From Octopus sinensis (lineage: Eukaryota): DNA of 64,000 nt. Below the pieces are notes generated by a model, which did not search any database, had not been told where the DNA came from, and saw only the letters and a program-made list of their open reading frames with translations. Shown piece by piece: positions 1 through 12,063 of this stretch (the stretch's first letter is position 1; every line of letters begins with the position of its first letter). Location: contig NC_043008.1 of assembly GCF_006345805.1 (NCBI RefSeq), positions 27,714,001 through 27,778,000 of the forward strand, read 5' to 3'. The translations under genes and the position numbers were made by a program.

Positions 1-474
1 AATCTTTTTAAGTGATTTAGGCTGTTTGTAGCTTTTAATGATTTGGTGTATGTTTAGAATTTCCTTTAATTTTGGGGTTTTATGAAGTATTGGTAAATTC
101 TGGGTGATGATGGTGAAGGCTTCTTTGTTTCTGGGGTTGTATGTAGATATGTAAGGTAGTATTTTCGGGGAAGGTGTGTTGTTGTGTTGAACTTTTCTTA
201 AATTTTCTATGTTGATTTCTGTTGCACGTCTGATCCCATCCTCTATGAGTTGAGCTGGGTAATTTCTGTCAATTAGGGTGTTTTTGAGTTCTTGCAGTCT
301 AAAGTTCCTGGTATTTTGTTCTGACACTATTGTGCATATCCTTCTTGCAAGGTTGAAGGGGATGTTTGTTTTAATGTGTCTTGGGTGGCATGAATTAAAA
401 AGAAGGTATTGTTTGGCGTCTGTGGCTTTGTAAAAAATGTCTGTTTCTATTTTAAGGTTAATTTCTTTAATTAG
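1..474 (-). mobile_element. Penelope-like retroelement, RT C-terminal (thumb)/linker fragment; inverted 5'-truncated copy that runs off the window start
   Basis: The reverse complement reads open for 158 codons: LIKEINLKIETDIFYKATDAKQYLLFNSCHPRHIKTNIPFNLARRICTIVSEQNTRNFRLQELKNTLIDRNYPAQLIEDGIRRA...KSLKKI. The YK-TD...SCHP-H...IP...ARRI pattern is typical of the PLE RT thumb. It mirrors 486-960. Confidence 0.88.
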
Positions 475-960
475 TATATCCAAGAACTAATTAAAAAAAT
501 TAACCTAAAATAGAAACAGACATTTTTTACAAAGCCACAGACGCCAAACAATACCTTCTTTTTTAATTCATGCCACCCAAGACACACTAAAACAAACATC
601 CCCTTCAACCTTGCAAGAAGGATATGCACAATAGTGTCAGAACAAAATACCAGGAACTTTAGACTGCAAGAACTCAAAAACACCCTAATTGACAGAAATT
701 ACCCAGCTCAACTCATAGAGGATGGGATCAGACGTGCAACAGAAATCAACATAGAAACTTTAAGAAAAGTTCAACACAACAACACACCTTCCCCGAAAAT
801 ACTACCTTACATATCTACATACAACCCCAGAAACAAAGAGGCCTTCACCATCATCACCCAGAATTTACCAATACTTCATAAAAACCCAAAATTAAAGGAA
901 ATTCTAAACATACACCAAATCATTAAAAGCTACAAACAGCCTAAATCACTTAAAAAGATT
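1..960. repeat. Large inverted repeat (palindrome): arms 1-475 and 486-960, 10-nt spacer ATATCCAAGA
   Basis: Positions 1-10 (AATCTTTTTA) are the reverse complement of 951-960, and 471-475 (TTAGT) of 486-490. By eye there are about 5 substitutions and 2 single-base homopolymer indels between the arms. Confidence 0.97.
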
Positions 961-1395
961 CTCACAAAGGCAAAATTGTCTTCTAAAATTACGGATGCAA
1001 AAGTAATAAAATGTGGTAGATCGAACTCTGCAACATGTCCTAACCTATTGGAAGGATCAGAATTCTTCTTTAAAGAGGGATAGAAATTCAAGATCAAATC
1101 TAACTTTACTTGTGCCTCTGAAAACATAATTTATGTCATTAAATGCTCGGGCTGCCACCAAGACTACGTGGGTTCCACGGGACTATCACTCAGGCGTAGA
1201 TGCACACTGCATCGACAACAGATTGCATTCCCAGAATATAGAATGATACCTTTTAGTGAGCACATTGAGAAATGCGCAAAGCAACTACTGCCACAATTTT
1301 TAATCTTCCCATTTTACCAATGTGCTTTCGGATCATCATCACAAATGAGACTGAACAAGGAAACATTCTTCATTGAAAAGTACAAACCCAGACTC

Positions 1396-1493
1396 AACCA
1401 TCCGAACATACTGACACAGAGAAATTAACAAGGGAAAGGGAAAAACCATCCGAACATACTGACACAGAGAAATGAACAAAGGAAAAGGAAAAA
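1396..1493 (+). repeat. 49-bp tandem duplication at the PLE ORF end
   Basis: AACCATCCGAACATACTGACACAGAGAAAT starts at both 1396 and 1445. Confidence 0.9.
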
Positions 1494-1613
1494 AAAAATT
1501 TTAAGCGATTATCTCCCTTACACCGGAAGAAATCACTCACTACCTCCCCTTATTTAGAAATCTCCTGAAAATAAATACAACGATAACTCCATGCAATATA
1601 AACATAACGTCAC

Positions 1614-1653
1614 AAGAAATTTGAAAAGCTACACGCGAAACCGGTAATTTCTT
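1614..1653 (+). ncRNA. Minimal type I hammerhead ribozyme motif, U3-A8 core variant
   Basis: AAGAAAT (stem I) - TTGAAAA (core) - GC tacac GC (stem II) - GAAA - CCGG (palindromic stem III, ACCGGT) - TA - ATTTCTT (stem I, 7 perfect pairs). It sits in the PLE 3' region, where PLE HHRs are known to occur. Confidence 0.75.
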
Positions 1654-1827
1654 TAAAAATTTTAAAATTATGTCATTTTAAGGAAAGGAAAAAAATGTTT
1701 CCAATATTCTCCAGACATTTTGACACAAATATATATATTTTTTAACATTTAAGCCTTCTGTCGTTTTTTCACACTTTACTATTTTCTTATATATTCACCC
1801 ACGTGCTTTACCAAACAAATTTTCTTA

Positions 1828-1862
<35 letters not shown>

Positions 1863-4070
1863 GTGCATGTGTATCAACAAACATTCATAGACATTACTGT
1901 TATATCCAGGCAGGTGTATGTGTGAGTAAAAATCTGTAATATAAGTTTTGAAATTAAGCACAAAAATGTATCATACATACGTAATTGGAAAGGAAGTAAA
2001 AGACAGTATAGCAATTGTGTACCCCGTGTTTAGATTACAGTTCAGAAGTTTATGTGAAATTCAGAAACTGTGAATGATGGGACGTGATTGAATATCTCGT
2101 ATTTAATATAGTTGTACATCCACTATATTCCTTTGTTACGCTTGTTTCTGTAATTAATCTACTGCTACCTTGAAACAGGGATTCAGTTTGTCTTTGGAAG
2201 TTGACAAGCATTATTTCTTTTCCTAACACAGCTAACATTGAACCACAAGTTAGTTGTAATTGAAAAGAAATAGTTTCTCAAATAAGCATGATGTGCGTCT
2301 AGGTTAAATATTAACTTAATCAGTAAGAAATAGATTTGCAGTATTATGCTTTCAAGTAAGAAATAGTATTATATATATATATATATATATAAGGTTAGTA
2401 GAATTAGAGGTTGTAATATAGAGGTTGTAATAAATGTCTAAGGTATAAAAACATCCGTTATACTACCGGTATAATTACCTATGTTAACCATAGACATACA
2501 TATGTAAGCATATTATGCAAATAGCTTGCAGGTAATGACAAGGATAAAGTTGAGTTTATCTGGAATCAAATTTAAAGTAAACAAAAATTGGAGAAATATT
2601 GATAAAAAACAATTGACTTACATGAATTATTTCTGTTTAGTTCAATACAAAAAAGCTGTTTCTGCTTCCAATGTTATATGGTATTGCTATTGGAAATTGT
2701 GAAACTGATGTTCATTTCATTTGATAATACATCCGATCTGGAACATGGAGTAAAGAAAAATACATCAGAGTAAAGAAAATTACATACATAAAAGAAAAGA
2801 AAAGAAATCCTCGAGAGGAAGATTAAAGATTTAGTAAATGACTAAACTTAAATAGCAATCGTTGGGTTAAGTTTTCTATGGGTGTAAAGGGTTGATAAGT
2901 AATAAAACAGTTTAAAAAAATTAAAATTACAATAATGGCATACGCCAGTAGGTTTAGACACACAGGGAGTGTGAGTGCTAAAACGTTTTGAAGTAACCAT
3001 AATAGTTCTTAATAATTTTATTTATAGTTCTAATTAATAGTTTCACATAATAAAGTGCCCAACAGTTAATTTCAGTCATTTACTTACTGATATGCTGTAA
3101 ACTGAATTTAAATTTTAGGCACTTTATTACTAAAATTTACTAAATTCCTCGAATTTCATTTTCTAATTTGAAGTGAAGAAGAATGGTTATGTATTCTAGA
3201 TTTCCAAATTATAGCAGAACTTGCAGTTAACGTATATTGATATAGTATACTCATTCGTAAACACACATTTCCCAGGTGAAACATAATTGTGTACTTGAAA
3301 AGCGTTTCACTAGAAGTCATGATTACAGTTAATATTACTAATTCAACTCTCAAAGCTTGCTGTTTTCACCAGGATTATTAACAATATTATAATCAATATT
3401 ATTGCTATATGCTACCTTAAAGATACTAACAAATTCACAGTTGGAATTAATTTCATCTAAATGCCTTCATGAAATTTATCATTCGAGTTTATCTTACATT
3501 ACCGTAACAATTCTAATCGTAATTAATAATTTTGAGTTGGGATACTGTTTAATATTAATTTTGTTAGCTGCTACTATAATTTCAGGTCAAATTCATTCCT
3601 CTCTATTGGATAGGAAAGTTTTCCTCTATGGAGATAAAATAATTTCCGTACTTATTAAAATGTGGTAAATATTTATCCATTGCAGCAAAAAGTCCGCTAT
3701 AAGGAATAAAGTAAAATTCTGAATATATAACTGTATTCTTATATAACTTCACACATGCACATATATGTATAATTTCTCTCACTATAGTATTTTCATTTCC
3801 CGACGCATTTCATAAAATCATCTAATCCTTTTACCCTTTTTGAATTTATTATGTTTGATTTACTGTTTTTGAATGTATGATCTTCCTCATTTTCTCTATT
3901 AGACGCAAACTGTTGAGATTAGATGCATATTTTCACAGAATATTTAATGTAGCGAAACATTATAGGTACAAGGCTAACATACACTCCGATATCACGGGAT
4001 AGCGATAAGAATACGTATTTTAGCGCAGTTGATGCGTTAGAACATGTATGTATGCTTGTCCATATATAAA

Positions 4071-4167
<97 letters not shown>

Positions 4168-4332
4168 AATACATATACATATAAAACACGCGAATGTCTC
4201 TTAAGATTCACTTGTATACAGAAATAAATGCACATGCATGCCAACTAATATACACATAAAATGCACGTACACACATATGTATGTATATATATATATATAA
4301 ATAAAAATTAGAGATAACACCACTATTAGGCA

Positions 4333-4437
4333 AATCAAATACGTACGTTTCATGGCCATAACCCAATTCTAATTACAATAATTTAAATTCAATTAAAAAT
4401 TCGAATTATAATCATAGTCAATCTTCAGATTAAAGAT
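4333..4437 (-). ncRNA. Degenerate hammerhead-like motif in a PLE-type pseudo-LTR
   Basis: Minus strand: CTGAAGA (4428-4422), TTGACTAT...ATGGCCAT (6 of 8 pairs), GAAA, CGTACG palindrome, TA, TTTGATT. Stem I pairs poorly. Confidence 0.5.
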
Positions 4438-5476
4438 AATAGTTAAATAAATAAGCAAATATATTTAAACAATATTTTTAAAGAAATAAATAAAAGAATA
4501 GTTTTTCTTATAAAAAAACTCTATTATCAAATTAGAAACTTTAACGGTTAGGATTATGTCAAAGAATCCTATTATAATGTTAAATATTAATTTTTAAGGT
4601 AAAAAATGTATTTATCTATTAAGATATAAAATGACTATAAATACCTAATGAAATCACGAATAACCTAATCTCAGTTATAGTCAATATCGTATTACCAAAT
4701 TATTTAACAAAAAAATAATCACTCTTCATATTTTAAAATTTAAGTTCAAATCGAATAATTATAAATTATTTAAGAATAATAACTAAATTATTATGAATAA
4801 ATATAATAATTAAGATCTAAAATTTTCTCTATCAAAAAATATATATACGTATAATGAAAACTAAATAAATTAACGTAAAGTGTACTAGCCATCTGAATGT
4901 GGCTAGCCACTGGGGGTGGGGTGTTACTGACGCATTTAGCCCCAGGAGATCAACGTCTCCAGCTGGCCTTAGACACAATTTCAGTGCCCTTGTGTTATTT
5001 GCAAAGGGAGGTCATCCTCCCTCGAAAATCTAGGTGATACATACGGACTATAGTTTCAAGGTTATTGCCTCTCCCATTATTATTTACGAAATATATTAAA
5101 AAATTAAATATGAAAAAGCAAATTATTAACGTATAACCTATCTTTAAAAAAACGTATAACTATTTAAGGATCAATATATCTCGTTGGCTAATTAGTAACT
5201 TACAAAAACCGTATAGTTATACTCTAATGATGAAATACATATCTTCCACAACTTATCAATCCTTAGTTATCCAATATAATACAAAATAACATAAATTGTT
5301 AAAATAACTTTAATAAAAAGATTTACTTAACTTTCAAAAATCGTGTCATTAACTAAACTAATAAGAAACAAATGGAAAATTCTTTTAACATTGAAAACTA
5401 CAAATATATTTTATCAATGAACAATACTAATACAAATTATCAATGAAAATAGCTATATTTAAGTTATAATAGAACA

Positions 5477-5565
5477 AAGTCACTATTAGAGATATCTATG
5501 AATATATAATATGGCTTAAAATTACCAAATTGTTGGCTATGGACATGAAACGTATGTAGTGGTTT
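5477..5565 (+). ncRNA. Heavily degenerate hammerhead-like motif related to the 4333-4437 copy
   Basis: AAGTCAC/GTGGTTT stem I (with wobbles), ATATCTAT/ATGGACAT stem II, GAAA-CGTATG-TA. The 5' core is decayed (TATTAGAG). Confidence 0.35.
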
Positions 5566-5775
5566 TACTTATTATATTATATTAACCTTTTTAATATATT
5601 TTTGATAGTTATATATAAAAAAATAAATATTAATATTAAAAAATTAAAAGTGTAAACATTTGTAAATTTAAAATTTAAAGAAATATATATAAATATGAAT
5701 TTAAAATTTTACATTTAAAAAACTTTATTTTAAATTTTATATTTTATATATTTTGTATATTATATTAATTATATT

Positions 5776-6046
5776 GTGGAAGTTGTTTGTAAGCCATTTG
5801 ATAAACACACAAAACCGTTCGATTCACTTCAACATTTAAGTTTAATTTGTCAAAATATTTTCGTGATCTGTTCACTAAGAAACATCTGTGCTGCATCACG
5901 TGTTGCATCACGTGCTGCATCATTTTTGTCAGTGAACAGGTCGCGGTCTTAAAGCGACGAAAATATTTTGACAAATTCAACTTGAATTTTGAAGTGAATC
6001 GAACGGCTGTTGTGTGTTTCTTAAATGGCTTACTAACACCTTCCAC
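5776..6046. mobile_element. ~270-bp fold-back (MITE-like) element with long inverted arms and a central 12-bp x3 tandem repeat
   Basis: 5776-5864 is the reverse complement of about 5956-6046 (GTGGAAG..GTAAGCCATTT..AAACACACAA..CCGTTCGATTCACTTCAA..AATTTGTCAAAATATTTTCGT). An inner arm pairs GATCTGTTCACT with AGTGAACAGGTC. The centre is TGCTGCATCACG/TGTTGCATCACG/TGCTGCATCA. Confidence 0.9.
5925..5975 (+). ncRNA. Candidate hammerhead fold with swapped G3-C8 core
   Basis: TTTGTCA - GTGAACA - G GTCGC ggtcttaaa GCGAC - GAAA - ATAT - TT - TGACAAA. Stem I has 7 bp, stem II has 5 bp with one bulged G, and stem III is the palindrome AATATT. Confidence 0.45.
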
Positions 6047-6246
6047 GCTGCAATTGTTTTCGTTCCAGCACACGATCTCAGCTCAAATCAATTGCAATGG
6101 AAGTACATATATTTTTTAATGTTTTGGTTTATGTTTTTCACTATTTGATTTGCCTAATAGTGGTTTTATCTCTAATTTATATTTATACTGTGAAATTTGA
6201 TTTAATCCTAAATCTAATTTTTTCCTGTAAGTTTGGATTTACTCCC

Positions 6247-6309
<63 letters not shown>

Positions 6310-6319
6310 CACACACAAT

Positions 6320-6360
<41 letters not shown>

Positions 6361-6397
6361 TATATATAAATATATATATATAATTAAGACTTTTGAA

Positions 6398-6580
6398 TTA
6401 CTTCAGTTGAGGCACCATGTTAGTAGAGTATTATCCGCTTTAAGTAAGATGAATAAAAAGCAAATAAATAACAAGTATGTCACAGTATTAGTGCATTATG
6501 GCCGTTTCAGGCGATTCCATTTAATCAAACACTGCAAGCATTACATAAATTTAAAATACATCGCATTCTTCGGATACATA
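6398..6580 (-). mobile_element. Short HHR-bearing interspersed element (PLE pseudo-LTR-like), copy 1
   Basis: Homologous to 43003-43152 (GTTGAGGCACCA..GTATTATCC..CGTTTCA.GCGA.TCCATTTAAT). Minus-strand fold 6579-6491: ATGTAT-CCGAAGA-ATGCGAT...ATCGCCT-GAAA-CGGCCA-TA-ATGCAC. Confidence 0.65.
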
Positions 6581-7395
6581 AGACTATATAGGTTTTCAAC
6601 TCAGCATACTCCATTATCATTCGTATCAAATATTTCCTCTGTACTAGAGAATAAACGAATTACATGCTTGCTGTTATTATTGTAGCAGAATGAACTTAAG
6701 GAGAAAATATCCCAACTATAATTTGGAGTGCCAGAAGAGGGCAACAATGGGTGCCTATGACATGGTAATATAGCTACAATTTCTATCTCCTTATCACCAT
6801 CAAAACATCTAATGCAGCTAGTATAATACGTCCAATAAGAAATAAAGCCACTCAGAAGTAGCAGTTAAGTTGTAGCTTATGGTAATAAATTAAATGCTGT
6901 CAGATACTCTCCCAAATCACCACTTTACTATGGCTATAATTTAGCTATGGCCACATAAAGAATCAAATCCCAGAATAAGTCAGAAATATAGTGGTAAATT
7001 CCCAGAAAGTGGGAGGGTAGAGATAACATAAGCCATCTTATCATCAGTGAAAATTGAAAACAAAGGACGGCACAATGAGATTTAAATGGGCATTATGTGT
7101 ACAGGGGGACGAAAATATAATCAAAATTTAGCACAATTTATATATTATTATAATTTGTACAATAAAAACTAAAATCTTCAAATTTAGAAAATTAGGACCA
7201 AGTAAGATAAGACGGATATATAGACCAATTTAAATCCTAAAAAATGTAGAATAAGTTTATACAACTTAGGACCTTCAAAACACTTCATCCTAGCAAACTT
7301 TAAGGTGGCCATTCAAAGAATGAACACAAATTACATTCAGATGTTTTTCGAGAAAAAAGGCATACATCTTCTATGGACTAAAAACCAGTGATTAA

Positions 7396-7925
7396 AAGCT
7401 TCTCAGGCCACATTCAGGACATTTTGAGCACGACCAACTTCAATTTTGCTAACTGCTTTCACTGGAACAGAATTATTTAGCATAGAAGAGATGCATTTAG
7501 CTCTTGGATTCCAATCGCCGGGCAGTGAAAAGCTGAACGCTCTCAGCTCACGGCCCTGCAAGCTAAAGTTCCTGATTATAGATGAAGTATCTACGGATGG
7601 GGCCGACCTACTGTACCAAACCCATCGCCGGTTTCAGGATATCTGTGAGAACTCTAACCTATATTCTGGATTTGGAGGAGTAATTAATATTGGTCAGCTT
7701 CAGCCTGTTAGGCAAAATTTTCTATTTAGTCTCCCATCTGAAAATTACACCCGACAACATGGCTCACTTTGGGAGGAAAACTTCACCTTGATTGAACATA
7801 TAGAGAGCATGAGGGAGAAAGAAGACAGCTTCTGATGTGGGATTAAAATATATGCAAGTACACAGAATGACATCACCTTGCTCAAATCCCGGGTTATTAA
7901 AATGACAGGCAACGGCTATCCAGCG
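7396..7925 (+). mobile_element. Helitron-type PIF1-family helicase remnant
   Basis: ORF 7446-7835 contains LLTAFTG (motif Ia), LIIDEVS (motif II), FGG...GQLQPV (motif III), GSLWEENF and ESMREKED (motif IV). It continues as NDITLLKSRVI...GYP in another frame. Frameshifted, and cut by a SINE at 7926. Confidence 0.85.
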
Positions 7926-8162
7926 TTTCTTATTTCTTTACTGCCTACAAGGGGCTACACACAGAGGGGACAAACAAAGACAAACAAACAGATTAAATCG
8001 ATTATATCGACCTCAGTGCGTAACTGGGACTTATTTAATCGACCCCGAAAGGATGAATGGCAAAGTCGACCTCGACGGAATTTGAACTCAGAACGTATCG
8101 ACAAACGAAATACCACTGAGCATTTCGCCCAGCGCGCTAATGTTTCTGCCAGCTCACCGCCT
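7926..8162 (-). mobile_element. tRNA-derived SINE, family A
   Basis: Minus-strand head GGCGGTGAGCTGGCAGAA, B-box-like GTTCAAATTCC (8087-8077), body GTCGACTTTGCC.TTCATCCTTTCGGGGTCGATTAAATAAG. Related copies at about 14620-14792, 15510-15545 and 22715-22913. Confidence 0.8.
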
Positions 8163-8673
8163 TCGTATTTACTGGTATATGTATGTAGGTATGTAACAAC
8201 GATTGTATGTCTAGTAAATATATGTATATATAGGCTTCTTAGTTTGTGTATATATTACTAAACCTGTATTTATTTTTATCATGTTAGTTCTATGAAAATG
8301 CGTTTCTTTTAAACGGAAATATTTTTTTAATTTGAATTTATTTTAGCATTAATTAATTTGTCCTGGGTATATATGATTTTCTTTCTTCTACGAAAAGCTA
8401 AATTTCTATTGAAGGTTTTCTTCGATTTTAAATAATATGATTTAAAATCTTAATTTTAATTTAATATCACCGGTTATTGAAAAGACCGTTAGTTGCAAAT
8501 TTCCAATGAAACAAAACCAGTTTCACATGTGTATCTATCAACGGAATTGTATATTTATAAATATAAATATAACCTTATTTTTGTTCCATTCTCAACCAAA
8601 CCTTTCCGGCAAACGGAAACGTGAAACTGAATAACAGGTTTGTGATGTCTTTTGTAGCTTTATTAATAAAGTG

Positions 8674-8744
<71 letters not shown>

Positions 8745-10847
8745 TCGCACTTACGCAGATATAAATATGTTCACAAATATATACCTACACGTATATGTAC
8801 ACAGAGATATATATACACATGTAGAAGCACATACTCGCACTTACGTATATGCCCATTTACGTAAATATAAACACTAGTCATTTCGAAATAATTACTATTC
8901 TGGTATACATACACACTGAAATGGAGACATTCAACTATGCATGCATACATACACACACACACACATACATATATATGCCTATCCATTTATTTTGACTGCT
9001 TTACATTTATGATATCTTACACAAATTCATATACATTTACTTGCAGCCATCCATTAGCATTGTTCCACATGAATATAAATATGTAAACGGTGCCATATAC
9101 ATATATTATTTCATGTAAAATTGTATAGATTTATGTAGAATGATATAGTCCTCATACGTTGAACCATACCATTGCTTATATATATGATCGGGTAAAACAT
9201 CTGCACATAGTAAATCCAGATATGTTCGCGCTGAACAGAATTTTGCTTGTCAGATACAGAGATAGGTGCATTTAGATACATTGTATATATATATATATAT
9301 ATATTTATTTATTGATAGTAGATAATGACAAGAGAATTAATATTAAGAATAAAAGTCTATATAATAATGCAATTGTACATCCATGTTTCATTGTCAATGT
9401 AATACGACAATCTAATGGCACGACACCATTATCAACAGAGAATTGTTAATCCTGTAATAAAGATAATAATTCTTTACGTATATAGATGGACGAACGAACA
9501 TTCTAGTTTTATAGCTTTAGAAATGTCTATGACCGATCTATTATTTATTCCGCAGGCAAGGGCTCATGAAGAGGATATGTATTGAAAGAAGTTATAAGTA
9601 AAAACCAACATTAAAAGACGAGTAAACAAATTAGTATAATGCAGAAATGTTCTTGTTAAAATGAGCGGGCATCTATGAATTCTCATTAAATTTATAAGTC
9701 TAACTTTTCCATTGCAGCGAGTACCTCATTGCGGCCAAATGTAAAGTTGCCACTGCCTCACATATGTGATATTGTTCGTCTAAACATAGAGGAATAGCTC
9801 AAATATTACGTACTTTGAATTCGCAAACGATTCCTGTCTGTTTTTCTTTCTTTACTTGGCTCGACCATTATTTCTGTCACTCTTTTGTTTCCTATTCGCT
9901 TCTTTTTCTTTCTTCCTTCTCTCTTTTTTATATTTGAATCTCTTTCCTTTACTCCCACTTACACTCGCACATTTCTCCCTTTCCTGTTCTCACTTTTAAC
10001 TCATTCTCTTTCCCCCCTCTCTCTCACACCCTCCCCAGCTCTTTCTGGAATTCTGTACATATCTTGCTATTTGTTACTTTCACTCATGCTTCGCTATCTT
10101 ATGTTATTCTCTGTGTTTCAATCTCCCTTTCCGTCTTATGCCCAACACAGAAATACGACAAATACAAAAGCACAATTTACCAACCTCAAATACTTCACTT
10201 TCATCATTCCAAAAATTTATTTAACTAATTAATTTTTGAGTTTTTTAAAAGAAACCTTGAATGTCACTTTCATAAACGGAACTACCAGTTCTCCTTACCA
10301 AAAGTTGATCATTCAGTAAACATTTTTCTTCACGTTACTCAGATGTCATATCCCAAGCAGATCTTTATTCGCCATACCAATAGACGACACTAGTCAAGGG
10401 CAAAGTTAACAAAAATAAAGCATTTATCTCCACATTACAGTGTCCACCAACCCATCAACAGTCAGTTGTATATTTTTCTCAGTATATTTGGTGATCCTTC
10501 ATTCATAAGGAATTTTGCTGATCGACGACAATTTGATATTTAAACAGGATATCTAATGCCTTTCAATTACGTAAATATTAAATTCACAAATTATACATAC
10601 GGAACAATATCGTCAGATTTTTTTATTTGAAGAGTGTGGATTACAATTCTTTTACATGGAAATAAAATAATGAGGCTAATATCTGTTTTGATCTATTATA
10701 TAATTATAAAATAACTGGTTTATTTCACTTTTTTGCCAATATGGACATGCTTTTCGATATAAGATAATGCAATTGATTCGAACATACTAAAATGAGGCAT
10801 ATATTAGTAGCTACAACATTCTAATACGCACACCCACACACATATAT

Positions 10848-11085
<238 letters not shown>

Positions 11086-11949
11086 ATTAATACACATACA
11101 CACACATATGTATATTTATCTATCACTCATACTCTCGTCTACTGTTAAAAGTAAAAGAAATAGAGAATATGGATCATACTCTGAATAATATAATCGGTAA
11201 TCTCAGTTGAAATTGTCTCAGGGACATTTAATGCCCCCCATATCTCACCTCTTTTTTCCACTATTAAAAAAAACTTGATCGTTTATATAGTTCCTTAGTG
11301 CTTTTAATGACCGTGTAGTTTTATCCAAGTTGCGGACAAGCTCGAAATCAGAGCAAAATTAATTCATCTGCATTTACTTGCAACTAGTAGGACAACCAAA
11401 ACATTAAAAAAATAAGAAAAAAATATACAGCAATATCTACTTAGATAACAAAATAAGTATATAAAAAACATAAAGATAATCCTCCCTCTCAGCGATACTT
11501 TCCCCTTGAGGGAAGTTTCTCCCCTCTTCTATTTCTTAGAAAACCCCATTCCTTTTTGACTCTTAAGCGGAAACAGCTGCAGATGGCAGCAGTGGCAACA
11601 ACGGCGGTCACCAGTCAAAATTCTCATACACTCACACACACACACCACACACACACACACACACACATACACACACACACACACACACATACACACACAC
11701 ATATGGGTATACATACACATATAGTACAATATTGATAGGAAAATGAAGAGTTTGAACACTCAGACTTCATGTTTAGTTGCAGGTAGTTTATCGTTAATCA
11801 TTGTTCGACATGTGTTTCGATCGCACTAACTGCTTGTTGCTGCATGTTTATATGCAACGATTTATACATTATTACTACGATGTTTTCAGTGTTTATATGA
11901 AGTAGTTCGAAGATCAATTTTCCTCCGTTATGAATTTGAAATAAGTTTG

Positions 11950-12063
<114 letters not shown>

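Larger units (their letters stand above)
486..1660 (+). mobile_element. 5'-truncated Penelope-like element (Neptune-like: Cys-containing linker, C-terminal GIY-YIG endonuclease) with 3' pseudo-LTR
   Basis: ORFs 634-1083 and 1168-1428 share a frame, with a TAG at 1081-1083. The bridging sequence reads KFKIKSNFTCASENIIYVIKCSGCHQDYVGSTGLSLRRRCTLHRQQI (GIY-YIG-type IYVIKC..C..YVG-T), followed by EH..KC and FIEKYKPRLN. The linker reads KCGRSNSATCP. A hammerhead-like motif lies at 1614-1653. Confidence 0.9.
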
